Notes under the pieces: generated by a model
Seen by the model: the letters and a program-made list of their open reading frames with translations, nothing else
The model's database searches: none
Told to the model about the DNA's origin: nothing
Shown here: one piece after another, positions 8,629 through 16,919 of the stretch
Position numbering within the stretch: the first letter of the stretch is position 1
Layout of the letters: the number at the start of each line of letters is the position of its first letter
Virus record (IMG/VR): IMGVR_UViG_3300035181_000912
Strand: one strand, 5' to 3'
DNA length: 64,000 bases
Source: an uncultured virus (IMG/VR IMGVR_UViG_3300035181_000912)
Taxonomy: Duplodnaviria > Heunggongvirae > Uroviricota > Caudoviricetes
Program-made: the position numbers and the translations under genes

Positions 8629-9399
8629 ATGCCTGACGATCCGAACCCCAGCCCGGGGAACTCGAGCGACCTGTCCGCAGATCCCGCGATCAAGTCGCTT
8701 ATCGACAAAGCCGTGAAAGAGGCGACCTCTGGACTGGCATCCAATCGCGACGAGATCTTGGCCGAGAAGAAAGCGCTTCAGGCCAAGTTCGAAGAAACTT
8801 CGAAGACGTGGGAGGGTCTCGACCCGGCCGCTGTTCGGAATATCATGTCGCGCCTGGAAAACGACGAGGAAGCACGACTCCTCGCCGAAGGCAAGACGGA
8901 CGCGGTGATCGAGCGTCGCACTGAACGGCTAAAGGCCGACCATGCGAAGCAGCTTGCGAACCTCGAGAAGCAGATCGCTGACCTGTCGACCAACTACACG
9001 GGCGCAGTCAGCACGGTGAAGCAGCTGAAGGTCGAGGGTTCCCTTCGTCAAGCAGCGGTCGAACTGGGTCTGGTGCCGTCGGCCATTGAAGATGCGCTCT
9101 CGCGGGCGATGAACGTCTTCAAAGTCGGTGAAGATGGGAAGCTCCTGGCGGAAGAGAACGGATCGACTGCTTATGGCAAGGATGGCCGCACGCCGCTGAC
9201 ACCGAGCGAGTGGCTCGAGTCGATGAAGGAAAAGGCCCCGCACTGGTTCCCCGCACCCGTTGGTGGTGGGGCAGGTGGCGGGAACGGCCGTGGCGGAAGC
9301 CATACCATCAGCCGCGCCGACGCGCGGGACGTCGCGAAGTACCGGAATGCCCGTGAGGCAGCCGCGAAAGCCGGCGTCCAGCTCCAGATCGTCGAGTAG
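8629..9399 (+). CDS. capsid scaffolding protein
   Basis: Coiled-coil, directly upstream of the capsid gene, with APHWFP followed by a Gly-rich linker. Confidence 0.8.
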   Translation: MPDDPNPSPGNSSDLSADPAIKSLIDKAVKEATSGLASNRDEILAEKKALQAKFEETSKTWEGLDPAAVRNIMSRLENDEEARLLAEGKTDAVIERRTERLKADHAKQLANLEKQIADLSTNYTGAVSTVKQLKVEGSLRQAAVELGLVPSAIEDALSRAMNVFKVGEDGKLLAEENGSTAYGKDGRTPLTPSEWLESMKEKAPHWFPAPVGGGAGGGNGRGGSHTISRADARDVAKYRNAREAAAKAGVQLQIVE

Positions 9400-9478
9400 G
9401 GCTGAGACTACCGAACCGCCGCGCAGATGCGCGGTATCTTGAACCGCGCATCCGCGCAAGCCATCGAAAGGACATAGC

Positions 9479-10708
9479 ATGGCGAATACCCTTGGGAACT
9501 ACAATCCCGAGTTCTACGCTCAGGAGGCCCTGATCCAGCTTTACAAGGCTCTGGGCATGTCTGGCCGCGTTCACCGTGGTGCAGAACAGGACCGGAATGG
9601 CTCTGGGAACCAGAAAGGCGATACCATCAACCTGAAGCGGCCGACCAAGTTCACCGCTCAGACCCACGTCGTCGGCACCGGGACCACGGCTCAAGACGTC
9701 GTGGGCGAGAATATCGCCATCGTCCTGAACAACCACCAGGAAGTGAAGTACAAGCTCACCGACCGCGAGCTGGCTTACACGACCGAGCAGATCATCACCG
9801 ATCACATCACGCCCGCGGCCTATGCGCTGGCTGACAAGATCGACCAGGACCTGCACCTGCTGGGCGCCCGCGTCGGCCCCAAAGCGTTCCTGACGGGCAC
9901 TGCTTCGTCCGCCTTCATCACCGGTCCTCGCAAGGTGCTGCGGAACAACGAAGTGCCGATGGACGCCGGGATGATCCACTACCTGATCGACTCGGGCATG
10001 GAAGCTGCCTTCCTCGACCTGAACATCTTCCACGAGGCCAACACCACCGGTCAAGGCGCCAACACCGCCGCGCTGATGAATGGCACCCTGGGTCAGCGCT
10101 TCGGCGTTGAAGTGTTCGCGTCTCAGAACGCAGACGTTGACGTTGCCGCTCTGACCTCGACCGCGACCGCTTCGACAGGCGCCGGCGACAAGATCGGTTC
10201 CGTGAACAACGCGGCCGGCTACGAAGCCAACACTTCGACCATCGCGGTCGACGGCTTCTCGCTGGTGGAAACCGTTCAGATTGGCGACACCTTCACGGTG
10301 GCTGGCGATCCGACGGTCTACACCCTGACCGCCAACACGACCTTCGCCGCTGGCGCGGGCAACCTTACCTTCTACCCGGCCCTGCGCCGGAACACGGTGG
10401 ACAATGCGGCTGTGACCTTCAAGCAGCTGGACGCCATCGAAGAGGCCGCGAACCTGCGCAACCTTATGTTCCACCACAATGCGTTCGCCCTGGCGTTCGC
10501 TCCGCTGCCCATGACCGGTGACGGTCGCGGCGCTCAGATGGCCACCGTGACCGACCCCCTGACCGGCCTGTCCCTTCGCGCGCGGATGTGGTACGAAGGC
10601 GCCACCGGCACGAACTACGTCGCTCTGGATGCTCTCTATGGCACCCAGGTCCTCGACCCGATGCTCGGTGTCCAGGTCAAGCGCGCGTCTTCGCTCTACC
10701 CGGCGTAA
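9479..10708 (+). CDS. major capsid protein (P22 coat-like)
   Basis: Motifs KGDTINLKRP, PAAYALADKID, NLMFHHNAFALA and LDALYG. Strong codon bias, followed by a terminator. Confidence 0.88.
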   Translation: MANTLGNYNPEFYAQEALIQLYKALGMSGRVHRGAEQDRNGSGNQKGDTINLKRPTKFTAQTHVVGTGTTAQDVVGENIAIVLNNHQEVKYKLTDRELAYTTEQIITDHITPAAYALADKIDQDLHLLGARVGPKAFLTGTASSAFITGPRKVLRNNEVPMDAGMIHYLIDSGMEAAFLDLNIFHEANTTGQGANTAALMNGTLGQRFGVEVFASQNADVDVAALTSTATASTGAGDKIGSVNNAAGYEANTSTIAVDGFSLVETVQIGDTFTVAGDPTVYTLTANTTFAAGAGNLTFYPALRRNTVDNAAVTFKQLDAIEEAANLRNLMFHHNAFALAFAPLPMTGDGRGAQMATVTDPLTGLSLRARMWYEGATGTNYVALDALYGTQVLDPMLGVQVKRASSLYPA

Positions 10709-10713
10709 GCTAC

Positions 10714-10737
10714 TTGGCGGGCCTTCGGGCCCGCCAA
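10714..10737 (+). terminator. hairpin after the capsid gene
   Basis: TTGGCGGGCC-ttcg-GGCCCGCCAA. Confidence 0.65.
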
Positions 10738-10771
10738 CCCCTCCCCTAACATAACCCCGAAAGGATAGTCC

Positions 10772-11026
10772 ATGACAACCCATGGTGAGCTCTATGCCGT
10801 GAGCAAGAACGGTAAGTTCTTTGGCTACGCGGACGCAGGTCAGATTGCGCGCAGCGGCGGCCGTCTGGAACTGTTCGACGAGAATTCTGCGAAGGCCGCT
10901 CGTGCGCTGGCCGAGATCGAAGCAGCCAAGGCCCGCGAAGCGGCCGCTGGCACGAAGATCGACGAGGTCATGAAAGCCGGTGGTGCCGACGCGTCGGCCG
11001 TCAAGAAAGCGCCCTCCGCCACCTGA
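10772..11026 (+). CDS. hypothetical protein, possibly head-associated
   Basis: 84 aa ORF with AAGGA RBS after the capsid gene. Confidence 0.7.
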   Translation: MTTHGELYAVSKNGKFFGYADAGQIARSGGRLELFDENSAKAARALAEIEAAKAREAAAGTKIDEVMKAGGADASAVKKAPSAT

Positions 11027-11093
11027 GGCGCGTTCGACGTTTAAACGTGGGCGCGTTCATCCGAGCGCGCCCTTTCCCATACCTGAGGACGCC

Positions 11094-11363
11094 ATGCCAG
11101 AAGATACGAACCACCTTGAACAGCAACTGGCGGCGCAAGCCGAGCGTCTCCGCACGCTCGAGCTCTGGAAAGCCACGCAGGACACGAACTTCGCTGTCCG
11201 CACCGAACGAGACAAGCACCTCGACCTTCGCTTCGACCGCGTCGAGTTGAGCATCAACGAAGTGAAAGGCTACCTCCTGAAGATCGTCTGGGTGATCATC
11301 TTGGGCGTCCTCGGGGCTTTCATCACTTTTGTGCTCCGTGGCGGCTTGAGTGGACCGACTTAA
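11094..11363 (+). CDS. small membrane protein, holin/antiholin candidate
   Basis: GAGGA RBS, coiled-coil N-terminus and one C-terminal TM helix (IVWVIILGVLGAFITFVL). Confidence 0.6.
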   Translation: MPEDTNHLEQQLAAQAERLRTLELWKATQDTNFAVRTERDKHLDLRFDRVELSINEVKGYLLKIVWVIILGVLGAFITFVLRGGLSGPT

Positions 11364-11481
11364 GTCGCTTGAGTTCCTGCTCAGCAGACGGTCCCTAGTC
11401 GTCATTGTGGCTGTAGGGGTCTTCCCAATTGCTTGCGAGCTGATCAAGTACTTCTCGCGGCAGTAACCCTAGGAGACTGAC

Positions 11482-13146
11482 ATGGTCAAGGACAACCTAG
11501 CGACACCTCAGGAGACCTATGACTCGATGGTCCGGAACCATGGGTCAATGCGCGCCGTCGCTCGGGAGCTGGGCATGGCCCGCGGCTCGGTCAAGTATCG
11601 CCTCGAGCGCGCGGCAGAGATGGGCCTTGTCTACGACCGCCCCACATCTGGGGGCAAGCTGAAAGCTGCCCGTGCACGCCCCATGCTGCTGCCCAAGCAG
11701 GGGCAGATCAAGCGCTACATCATCACCTCAGCGCAGAACAATACCGACGCCTTCGTGCCATTCTTCGAGAACCTGGTCGCCTACGCGGAGATGCTCGATG
11801 CGCAAGTTCTGGTCGGGACCTATTCCTACAATCGCGCGTCCTTCAGCCAGAAGTCGACCAAGCGAGGCCGCGGGCCCACGGATGACGACCGGCGAGACGA
11901 CTGGTACGATCCGATCTTCGAGCCCTACTTCATGGACGAGCCGCTCGAACTCGCGCCCATGCTCGAATGGCGCGGTGAGCTGAACATCCTGCCTACTGCG
12001 AAGCGCCCGCTGAGCTCATTGGAGACCTATACGCAACGGCGGTCAGGCATCTTTCCTCATGCAAAGGTCTCCCTCGCATCTGTCGCGGGGACAGCTGACG
12101 ACGGCGCCAAGATGAACTACACGACGGGCACGGCCACCATGCTCAACTACGTCCAGAAGAAGGCAGGGCTTGAGGCCGAGTTCCACCATACCTATGCCGC
12201 GCTGATCGTGGAGGTCGATCACGAAGGCGACTGGCACGTCCGCCAACTGAACGCAGACAGCAACGGGTCCTTCTACGACATTCCAGATCTCGGAACGACA
12301 GGCGCCTGCTACGTCGACGCGGGCGAGGTCACCGCTGGGATCAACGTCGAGGCCGCGAATTGGGGCGACCTTCACGCGCGAGTCATAGACGAAGAGATCC
12401 GCGACCTGACCTTTCTCCCTAGAGGGATCCTCGACACGCTGCGCCCTGCGCATCAGTTCGCCCACGACATCCTTGACTTCAGAGCCCGCAACCACCACGA
12501 GATCAAGAACCACCACCAGATGTTCCTACGTCACCGCGAGGGGATTGAGGACGTGGCGTCCGAGGTTCAGAACGTGAAGGAACTGCTTGACTTGATGCAC
12601 CGTGACTTCTCGCTGACCGTCGTCGTCGATTCCAACCATGACCGTGCGCTCGAGCGCTGGCTGCAGGAGGCCGACTACAAGAAGGATCCTGTCAATGCGG
12701 TGTTCTTCCTCGAGTGCGAACTCGACTGGCACCGCACCAAAGCAGCCGACCCGAACGCCGACTACCACCACCTCAGGGAAGCTCTTCGTCGCATCGGCGT
12801 GTCCAAGGACGTCCTGTTCCTGGGCCCAGATGACTCCTTCGTCCTGTGCGACGACGGCTCAGGCGGGATCGAGTACGGGATGCACGGGCACCTAGGTCCG
12901 AACGGCGCACGGGGCTCGCCCCTGAACCTGTCGAAGATGGGCAGGCGCGCGAACACCGGCCACACCCACGCCGCTTGCATCGTTGACGGTCTCTATGTCT
13001 CAGGGACGTTCTCCCGGCTGCGCCTCGACTATAACAAAGGCCCGAGCGCGTGGTCCCACTCCTTCATCGTCACCTATCCCAACGGGAAGCGCGCCATCGT
13101 CACCATCTACAATGGGAAGTGGCGAGGCACCTCGTTTTCCACATAA
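11482..13146 (+). CDS. N-terminal HTH plus calcineurin-like metallophosphoesterase protein
   Basis: HTH SMRAVARELGMARGSVKYRL. Metallophosphoesterase-like motifs GDLH, HDILD, SNHD, HGH and GHTH. Confidence 0.75.
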   Translation: MVKDNLATPQETYDSMVRNHGSMRAVARELGMARGSVKYRLERAAEMGLVYDRPTSGGKLKAARARPMLLPKQGQIKRYIITSAQNNTDAFVPFFENLVAYAEMLDAQVLVGTYSYNRASFSQKSTKRGRGPTDDDRRDDWYDPIFEPYFMDEPLELAPMLEWRGELNILPTAKRPLSSLETYTQRRSGIFPHAKVSLASVAGTADDGAKMNYTTGTATMLNYVQKKAGLEAEFHHTYAALIVEVDHEGDWHVRQLNADSNGSFYDIPDLGTTGACYVDAGEVTAGINVEAANWGDLHARVIDEEIRDLTFLPRGILDTLRPAHQFAHDILDFRARNHHEIKNHHQMFLRHREGIEDVASEVQNVKELLDLMHRDFSLTVVVDSNHDRALERWLQEADYKKDPVNAVFFLECELDWHRTKAADPNADYHHLREALRRIGVSKDVLFLGPDDSFVLCDDGSGGIEYGMHGHLGPNGARGSPLNLSKMGRRANTGHTHAACIVDGLYVSGTFSRLRLDYNKGPSAWSHSFIVTYPNGKRAIVTIYNGKWRGTSFST

Positions 13147-13225
13147 GTCGCTTATACCCGGGGTGCATTAAGGTCTAACACTTGGCACTTTTCTGCTGTA
13201 ATCTCGAGGCGAGAAAGGACCCAGC

Positions 13226-13708
13226 ATGACCTTGACCATTGGTACCGACTCTTACTACTCGCTCGCCGATGCGCGTGCCTACTGGGCGTCGCTCGGCGAT
13301 ACTGCTTGGGCGGCCCTTACCGATGCAGCGGCGGAGGTCCTCATTCGCAAGGGCACCAAGTGGGTCGACCGGTCCTTCGAGTTCATCGGTGACAAGGCCA
13401 CCAGCGAGCAGCGTCTCAAATGGCCTCGCTACGGTGCTGAGGTCGAAGGCTTCTGCCTCGACTCGACCGTAATCCCGTGGCAGGTTGAAGAAGCCACCGC
13501 CATCATCGCCGAGATGTATCGCGTGGGCACCTTCGATATGGAAGGAGTCGTCACCAACGACTCTGCATCCATCAACAAGACGAAGGTGGACGTGGTCGAG
13601 GTTGGCTACGACACGAGCAAGCGCCTGCAAGGTGGCTCGATCCCGTCGAACGTGATCGAGCTCTTGCGTCCCGTCACCCGTGGCAGCGGGGGTCTCAAGC
13701 GAGCATGA
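13226..13708 (+). CDS. head-tail adaptor
   Basis: DSYYSLADARAY...QRLKWPR...IPWQVEEA pattern and gene position. Confidence 0.75.
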   Translation: MTLTIGTDSYYSLADARAYWASLGDTAWAALTDAAAEVLIRKGTKWVDRSFEFIGDKATSEQRLKWPRYGAEVEGFCLDSTVIPWQVEEATAIIAEMYRVGTFDMEGVVTNDSASINKTKVDVVEVGYDTSKRLQGGSIPSNVIELLRPVTRGSGGLKRA

Positions 13709-14082
13709 CCTTCTATTCCGGACTTCGTGACGACACGGCAGCTCCGCTGATCAAGCAGTTCGGGCAACCTGCGACCTACCGGGTCTACGGGGCGGGGATC
13801 TACGACAATGACACAGGCACCATGCTGAAAGGCGTGCCCACTGACCTGCCGATCCAGCTCCTGGACCTGCCGATGGACAAGCGCGACTTCTCGGAAGAGG
13901 TCACCGCGAGGGCGAACGCGAAGTTCCTGGTAGAGGCCGCGAGTTTCGCCGCAGCGAACGTGGTTCCCGTGTCCGAGTCGACCATCGTCCTGCGCGGCAA
14001 AAACTACCGCGTGCTCGCGGTCGTTCCCGTGGGCCCGTCGGGCGAAGCCGTGATCTTAAAGATGGCGGTGCAGAATGCCTAG
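13705..14082 (+). CDS. head closure/completion protein
   Basis: Position and size, with LIKQFGQ and YRVLAV-P motifs. Confidence 0.65.
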   Translation: MTFYSGLRDDTAAPLIKQFGQPATYRVYGAGIYDNDTGTMLKGVPTDLPIQLLDLPMDKRDFSEEVTARANAKFLVEAASFAAANVVPVSESTIVLRGKNYRVLAVVPVGPSGEAVILKMAVQNA

Positions 14083-14488
14083 GGGAGTATCAGCACGAAA
14101 CTTCGCCCTCGACCTGAAGAAGTTCGGCGAGGTGACGCGAGAGCAGGCGAAGATCATCTTTCGTAAGATCTCGCTTGAGCTGGACGCACGCATCGTCCTG
14201 AGCACGCCGGTCGACACAGGACGCGCGCGTGGGAACTGGTTCCCGTCGCTCAACTCGCCGTCGTCGCGCATCGAGATGGATGCGCGTGATAAGGGCGGCG
14301 CCGGCGCAATGTCGGCAGCTCAGGGAATCATCAACATAGCCGACCTTGGCGAGACCATTTGGTTCACCAACAACTTGCCTTATATCCTGCCGCTCGAGAA
14401 TGGGCATTCTGGTCAAGCACCTGAAGGCATGGTCGACGTGAACCTGAACGCGGTCGCCGCGCACTACGGTGGGAGGGTCGTAAGATGA
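14075..14488 (+). CDS. neck/tail completion protein (HK97 gp10-like)
   Basis: Motifs TPVDTGRARGNW and NNLPYILPLENGHSGQAPEGMV. Confidence 0.85.
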   Translation: MPRGVSARNFALDLKKFGEVTREQAKIIFRKISLELDARIVLSTPVDTGRARGNWFPSLNSPSSRIEMDARDKGGAGAMSAAQGIINIADLGETIWFTNNLPYILPLENGHSGQAPEGMVDVNLNAVAAHYGGRVVR

Positions 14489-14895
14489 GCCTCAAGGCGC
14501 GACATGCCGCAATCCGAGTGCGGTTCAAAGACTACTGGGATGGCCAGCCGCCTGTGCAGATGCCTGCGCAAAAGTTCGTGCCGCCTGATAACAGCCCCTG
14601 GATACGCTTGACCATTCAAGATGCAGGGTCAGAGTGGGCGTCTATGGGTGACCCGGGGAACAATATTGCCCGCAACGTCGGGCAAGTGACAATCCAGGTC
14701 TTCGTTCCCTCGGGCGAAGGGGAGGGCGACGCCCTCGGGATCGTTGACGAGGCGCTTGCTGTGTTTCGCTCCTGGAGCGACGTGGCAACGGGGCTGCGGT
14801 TCGAGGTACCACCGTATGCTCGCCAGATCGGCATGGAAGGCAAGTGGTACCAAGTCAACGTCGTCGCACCATTCCGGTTCGACGATTTCATCTAG
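14485..14895 (+). CDS. tail terminator protein
   Basis: PWIRLTI...GQVTIQVFVPSGEG...WYQVNVVAPF, directly before the tail tube gene. Confidence 0.75.
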   Translation: MSLKARHAAIRVRFKDYWDGQPPVQMPAQKFVPPDNSPWIRLTIQDAGSEWASMGDPGNNIARNVGQVTIQVFVPSGEGEGDALGIVDEALAVFRSWSDVATGLRFEVPPYARQIGMEGKWYQVNVVAPFRFDDFI

Positions 14896-14913
14896 TGGGA
14901 AAGGAGAAACCCC

Positions 14914-16116
14914 ATGCCTAACTTCGGCACGTCCAACCGGGTGGCGCTCCGTCAGGTCGCGGAAGTGACTTGGGGTGTCACCCCCGCAACGCCGACGCTG
15001 GAAGCAATTCGCTTCACCAGCGAAGGCCTCAATTACAACGCTGACTTCATCACGTCGCAAGAGATCCGCTCTGACCGCATGACCCCCGATACCATCCAGG
15101 TGTCCTCGTCCGCGGGCGGCGACATCTCGGGCGAGTGGTCATACGCTTCCTATGACCAGTTTATCGAAGCGGCACTCTACTCGACCTGGGTCACCACCGG
15201 CACGGCGCTCACGGCGGCTACCACCATCGGGATTACCAAGACGGTCGGCACGCCTAACACCTGGGTTCTGACGGACTCTGCCAACCTTCTGGCAGTCAAC
15301 TCCTGGGTGGTCGGCCAGTTCATCCGGGTGACTGGCTTCGTGACGGCAGGCACCTTCTTCGCTGAGATCCTGAGCATCGCTGCAGGTTCGATCAGCATGG
15401 CGCCCCTGTCGAACGTCGCGACGGAAGCTTCTGGCGCGGCCGTCACCATCACCCCGATGAACTTCGTCCGCAATGGCACGACCAAGAAGTCCTTCACGAT
15501 CCAGAAGGGCTTCACCGACTTGGCCGTTCCTGAGCTGTGGAACTTCTCGGGCTCGCGTATCTCGAAGTGGAACCTCGAGCTGGCGACTGGCTCGATCCTC
15601 AAGACCCAGTTCAGCGTGCTGGCGAAAGACGCCAGCATGACGCAGACCCAGTTCGCGGGTGCTGTGCTGAACGCGGCCAACACCAATACCGTGCTGAATG
15701 CCGTGGACAATATTGCGTCCATCGTCTTTGACAAGGATCCGGGTGGCTCGACCTACTACTTCAACTCGCTGAAGATCAGCCTCGACAACGCGCTGCGCGG
15801 CCAAGAAGCCGTCGGTACGCTGGGGTTCATCGGTGTAGAAGCTGGCCGGTTGAAGCTTGAAGGAGACATCGAGCTCTACTTCGAGAATTCGACCTTGTTC
15901 AACAAGTTCCGAGCGGCCACGGCGTTCTCGCTCTCGTTCCTCGCACGGGATGCGGCGAGCAACTCCTACATCGTCACTATCCCCCGGGCCAAGTATACGT
16001 CCATGGAAATCGTCGCCGGTGGCAACGACCAGGACATCTTCGCGAAAGCGAAGTTCGAGGGGATCATCAATACGGCTGGCAGCTACCAGTACCAAATTAG
16101 CCGGCTGATTGCCTAA
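14914..16116 (+). CDS. major tail (tube) protein
   Basis: EVTWGVTP...SQEIRSDR N-terminus, gene position and strong codon bias. Confidence 0.85.
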   Translation: MPNFGTSNRVALRQVAEVTWGVTPATPTLEAIRFTSEGLNYNADFITSQEIRSDRMTPDTIQVSSSAGGDISGEWSYASYDQFIEAALYSTWVTTGTALTAATTIGITKTVGTPNTWVLTDSANLLAVNSWVVGQFIRVTGFVTAGTFFAEILSIAAGSISMAPLSNVATEASGAAVTITPMNFVRNGTTKKSFTIQKGFTDLAVPELWNFSGSRISKWNLELATGSILKTQFSVLAKDASMTQTQFAGAVLNAANTNTVLNAVDNIASIVFDKDPGGSTYYFNSLKISLDNALRGQEAVGTLGFIGVEAGRLKLEGDIELYFENSTLFNKFRAATAFSLSFLARDAASNSYIVTIPRAKYTSMEIVAGGNDQDIFAKAKFEGIINTAGSYQYQISRLIA

Positions 16117-16139
16117 CCCGACTTTTCTGCGCAGAGAAA

Positions 16140-16168
16140 GGGGCCAGCCGGTCGGGCGGCTGGCCCCA
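16140..16168 (+). terminator. hairpin after the tail tube gene
   Basis: GGGGCCAGCCG...CGGCTGGCCCC. Confidence 0.5.
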
Positions 16169-16197
16169 CCCTAACCCCGACTAAAGGAGACTACCTC

Positions 16198-16590
16198 ATG
16201 AAGTTTGACCTGAATGACTTCCGCACTGACAAGGACGCCAAGACGAATGGCGTCTGGATCGAGTTCGGTGGCAATGCTTCCTTCAAGCTGGCCTCGTTCG
16301 ACAACGCGGCCTTCACCGACGCATTCCGCAAAGCGACCAAACCTTACACCGACCTGGGCCGCAAGATTCCTGACGCCGATCAAGCCGCGATCATGGCCCG
16401 CTGCATGGCGAACCATATCGTCCTCGACTGGAAAGGCGTCTATGATGGCGACAAAGAGCTGAAGTTCTCGGTTGCCGCCGCTGAACGCCTGCTGACCGAG
16501 ATCGAGATGGTGCGTGACCGTCTGATCCAGGAGGCCCGAAGCCTCGAGAACTTCAAGGCACAGGCGCGCGAGGAAACGGAAAAAAACTGA
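16198..16590 (+). CDS. tail assembly chaperone (gpG-like)
   Basis: Lies between tail tube and tape measure genes and ends at a slippery site. Confidence 0.8.
   Translation: MKFDLNDFRTDKDAKTNGVWIEFGGNASFKLASFDNAAFTDAFRKATKPYTDLGRKIPDADQAAIMARCMANHIVLDWKGVYDGDKELKFSVAAAERLLTEIEMVRDRLIQEARSLENFKAQAREETEKN
16581..16587 (+). other. programmed -1 frameshift site A AAA AAC
   Basis: GAA AAA AAC TGA. The -1 frame reads LTECVTWEVEY, continuing into ORF 16599..16919. Confidence 0.8.
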
Positions 16591-16598
16591 CCGAGTGC

Positions 16599-16919
16599 GT
16601 GACCTGGGAAGTCGAGTACGGTGAACGGCTCGGATTCCTTCAGAAGATAGCCGAACGCGAGGGCAGGTTGCCGCCTGCCCTTGCGTCCCGGCCCACACCT
16701 GAAAGTCACGCACTACCTTACTTGGCTGCTTTCAAAAGGTTGCACTCTTCGCGTATGATAAGACCTGACGGGTCACCATGCGGCATTGCTATGAGCGAGA
16801 TAGAGTCTTACTCACGCATGTTCGGTTTCGACTCCTTTGACGACCGCCTAGATCTCGCTCACTTCGTGAGGGTCTGCGATGCGGTCTGGATGGCGGAAAT
16901 GAAGAAGCGGAGAGACTAG
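16599..16919 (+). CDS. tail assembly chaperone, frameshifted C-terminal part (gpT-like)
   Basis: In the -1 frame relative to 16198..16590. Confidence 0.75.
   Translation: MTWEVEYGERLGFLQKIAEREGRLPPALASRPTPESHALPYLAAFKRLHSSRMIRPDGSPCGIAMSEIESYSRMFGFDSFDDRLDLAHFVRVCDAVWMAEMKKRRD

Noticed and set aside
9308..10783. Long antisense ORFs (e.g. 9308..10783, 15139..16095, 34608..35756, 59886..61460)
   Set aside because: Shadows of strongly codon-biased plus-strand genes in GC-rich DNA, with no motifs or RBS.
13182..13197. Sigma54 promoter (TTGGCAC...TGC)
   Set aside because: GG-to-GC spacing is 9 nt rather than the required 10.
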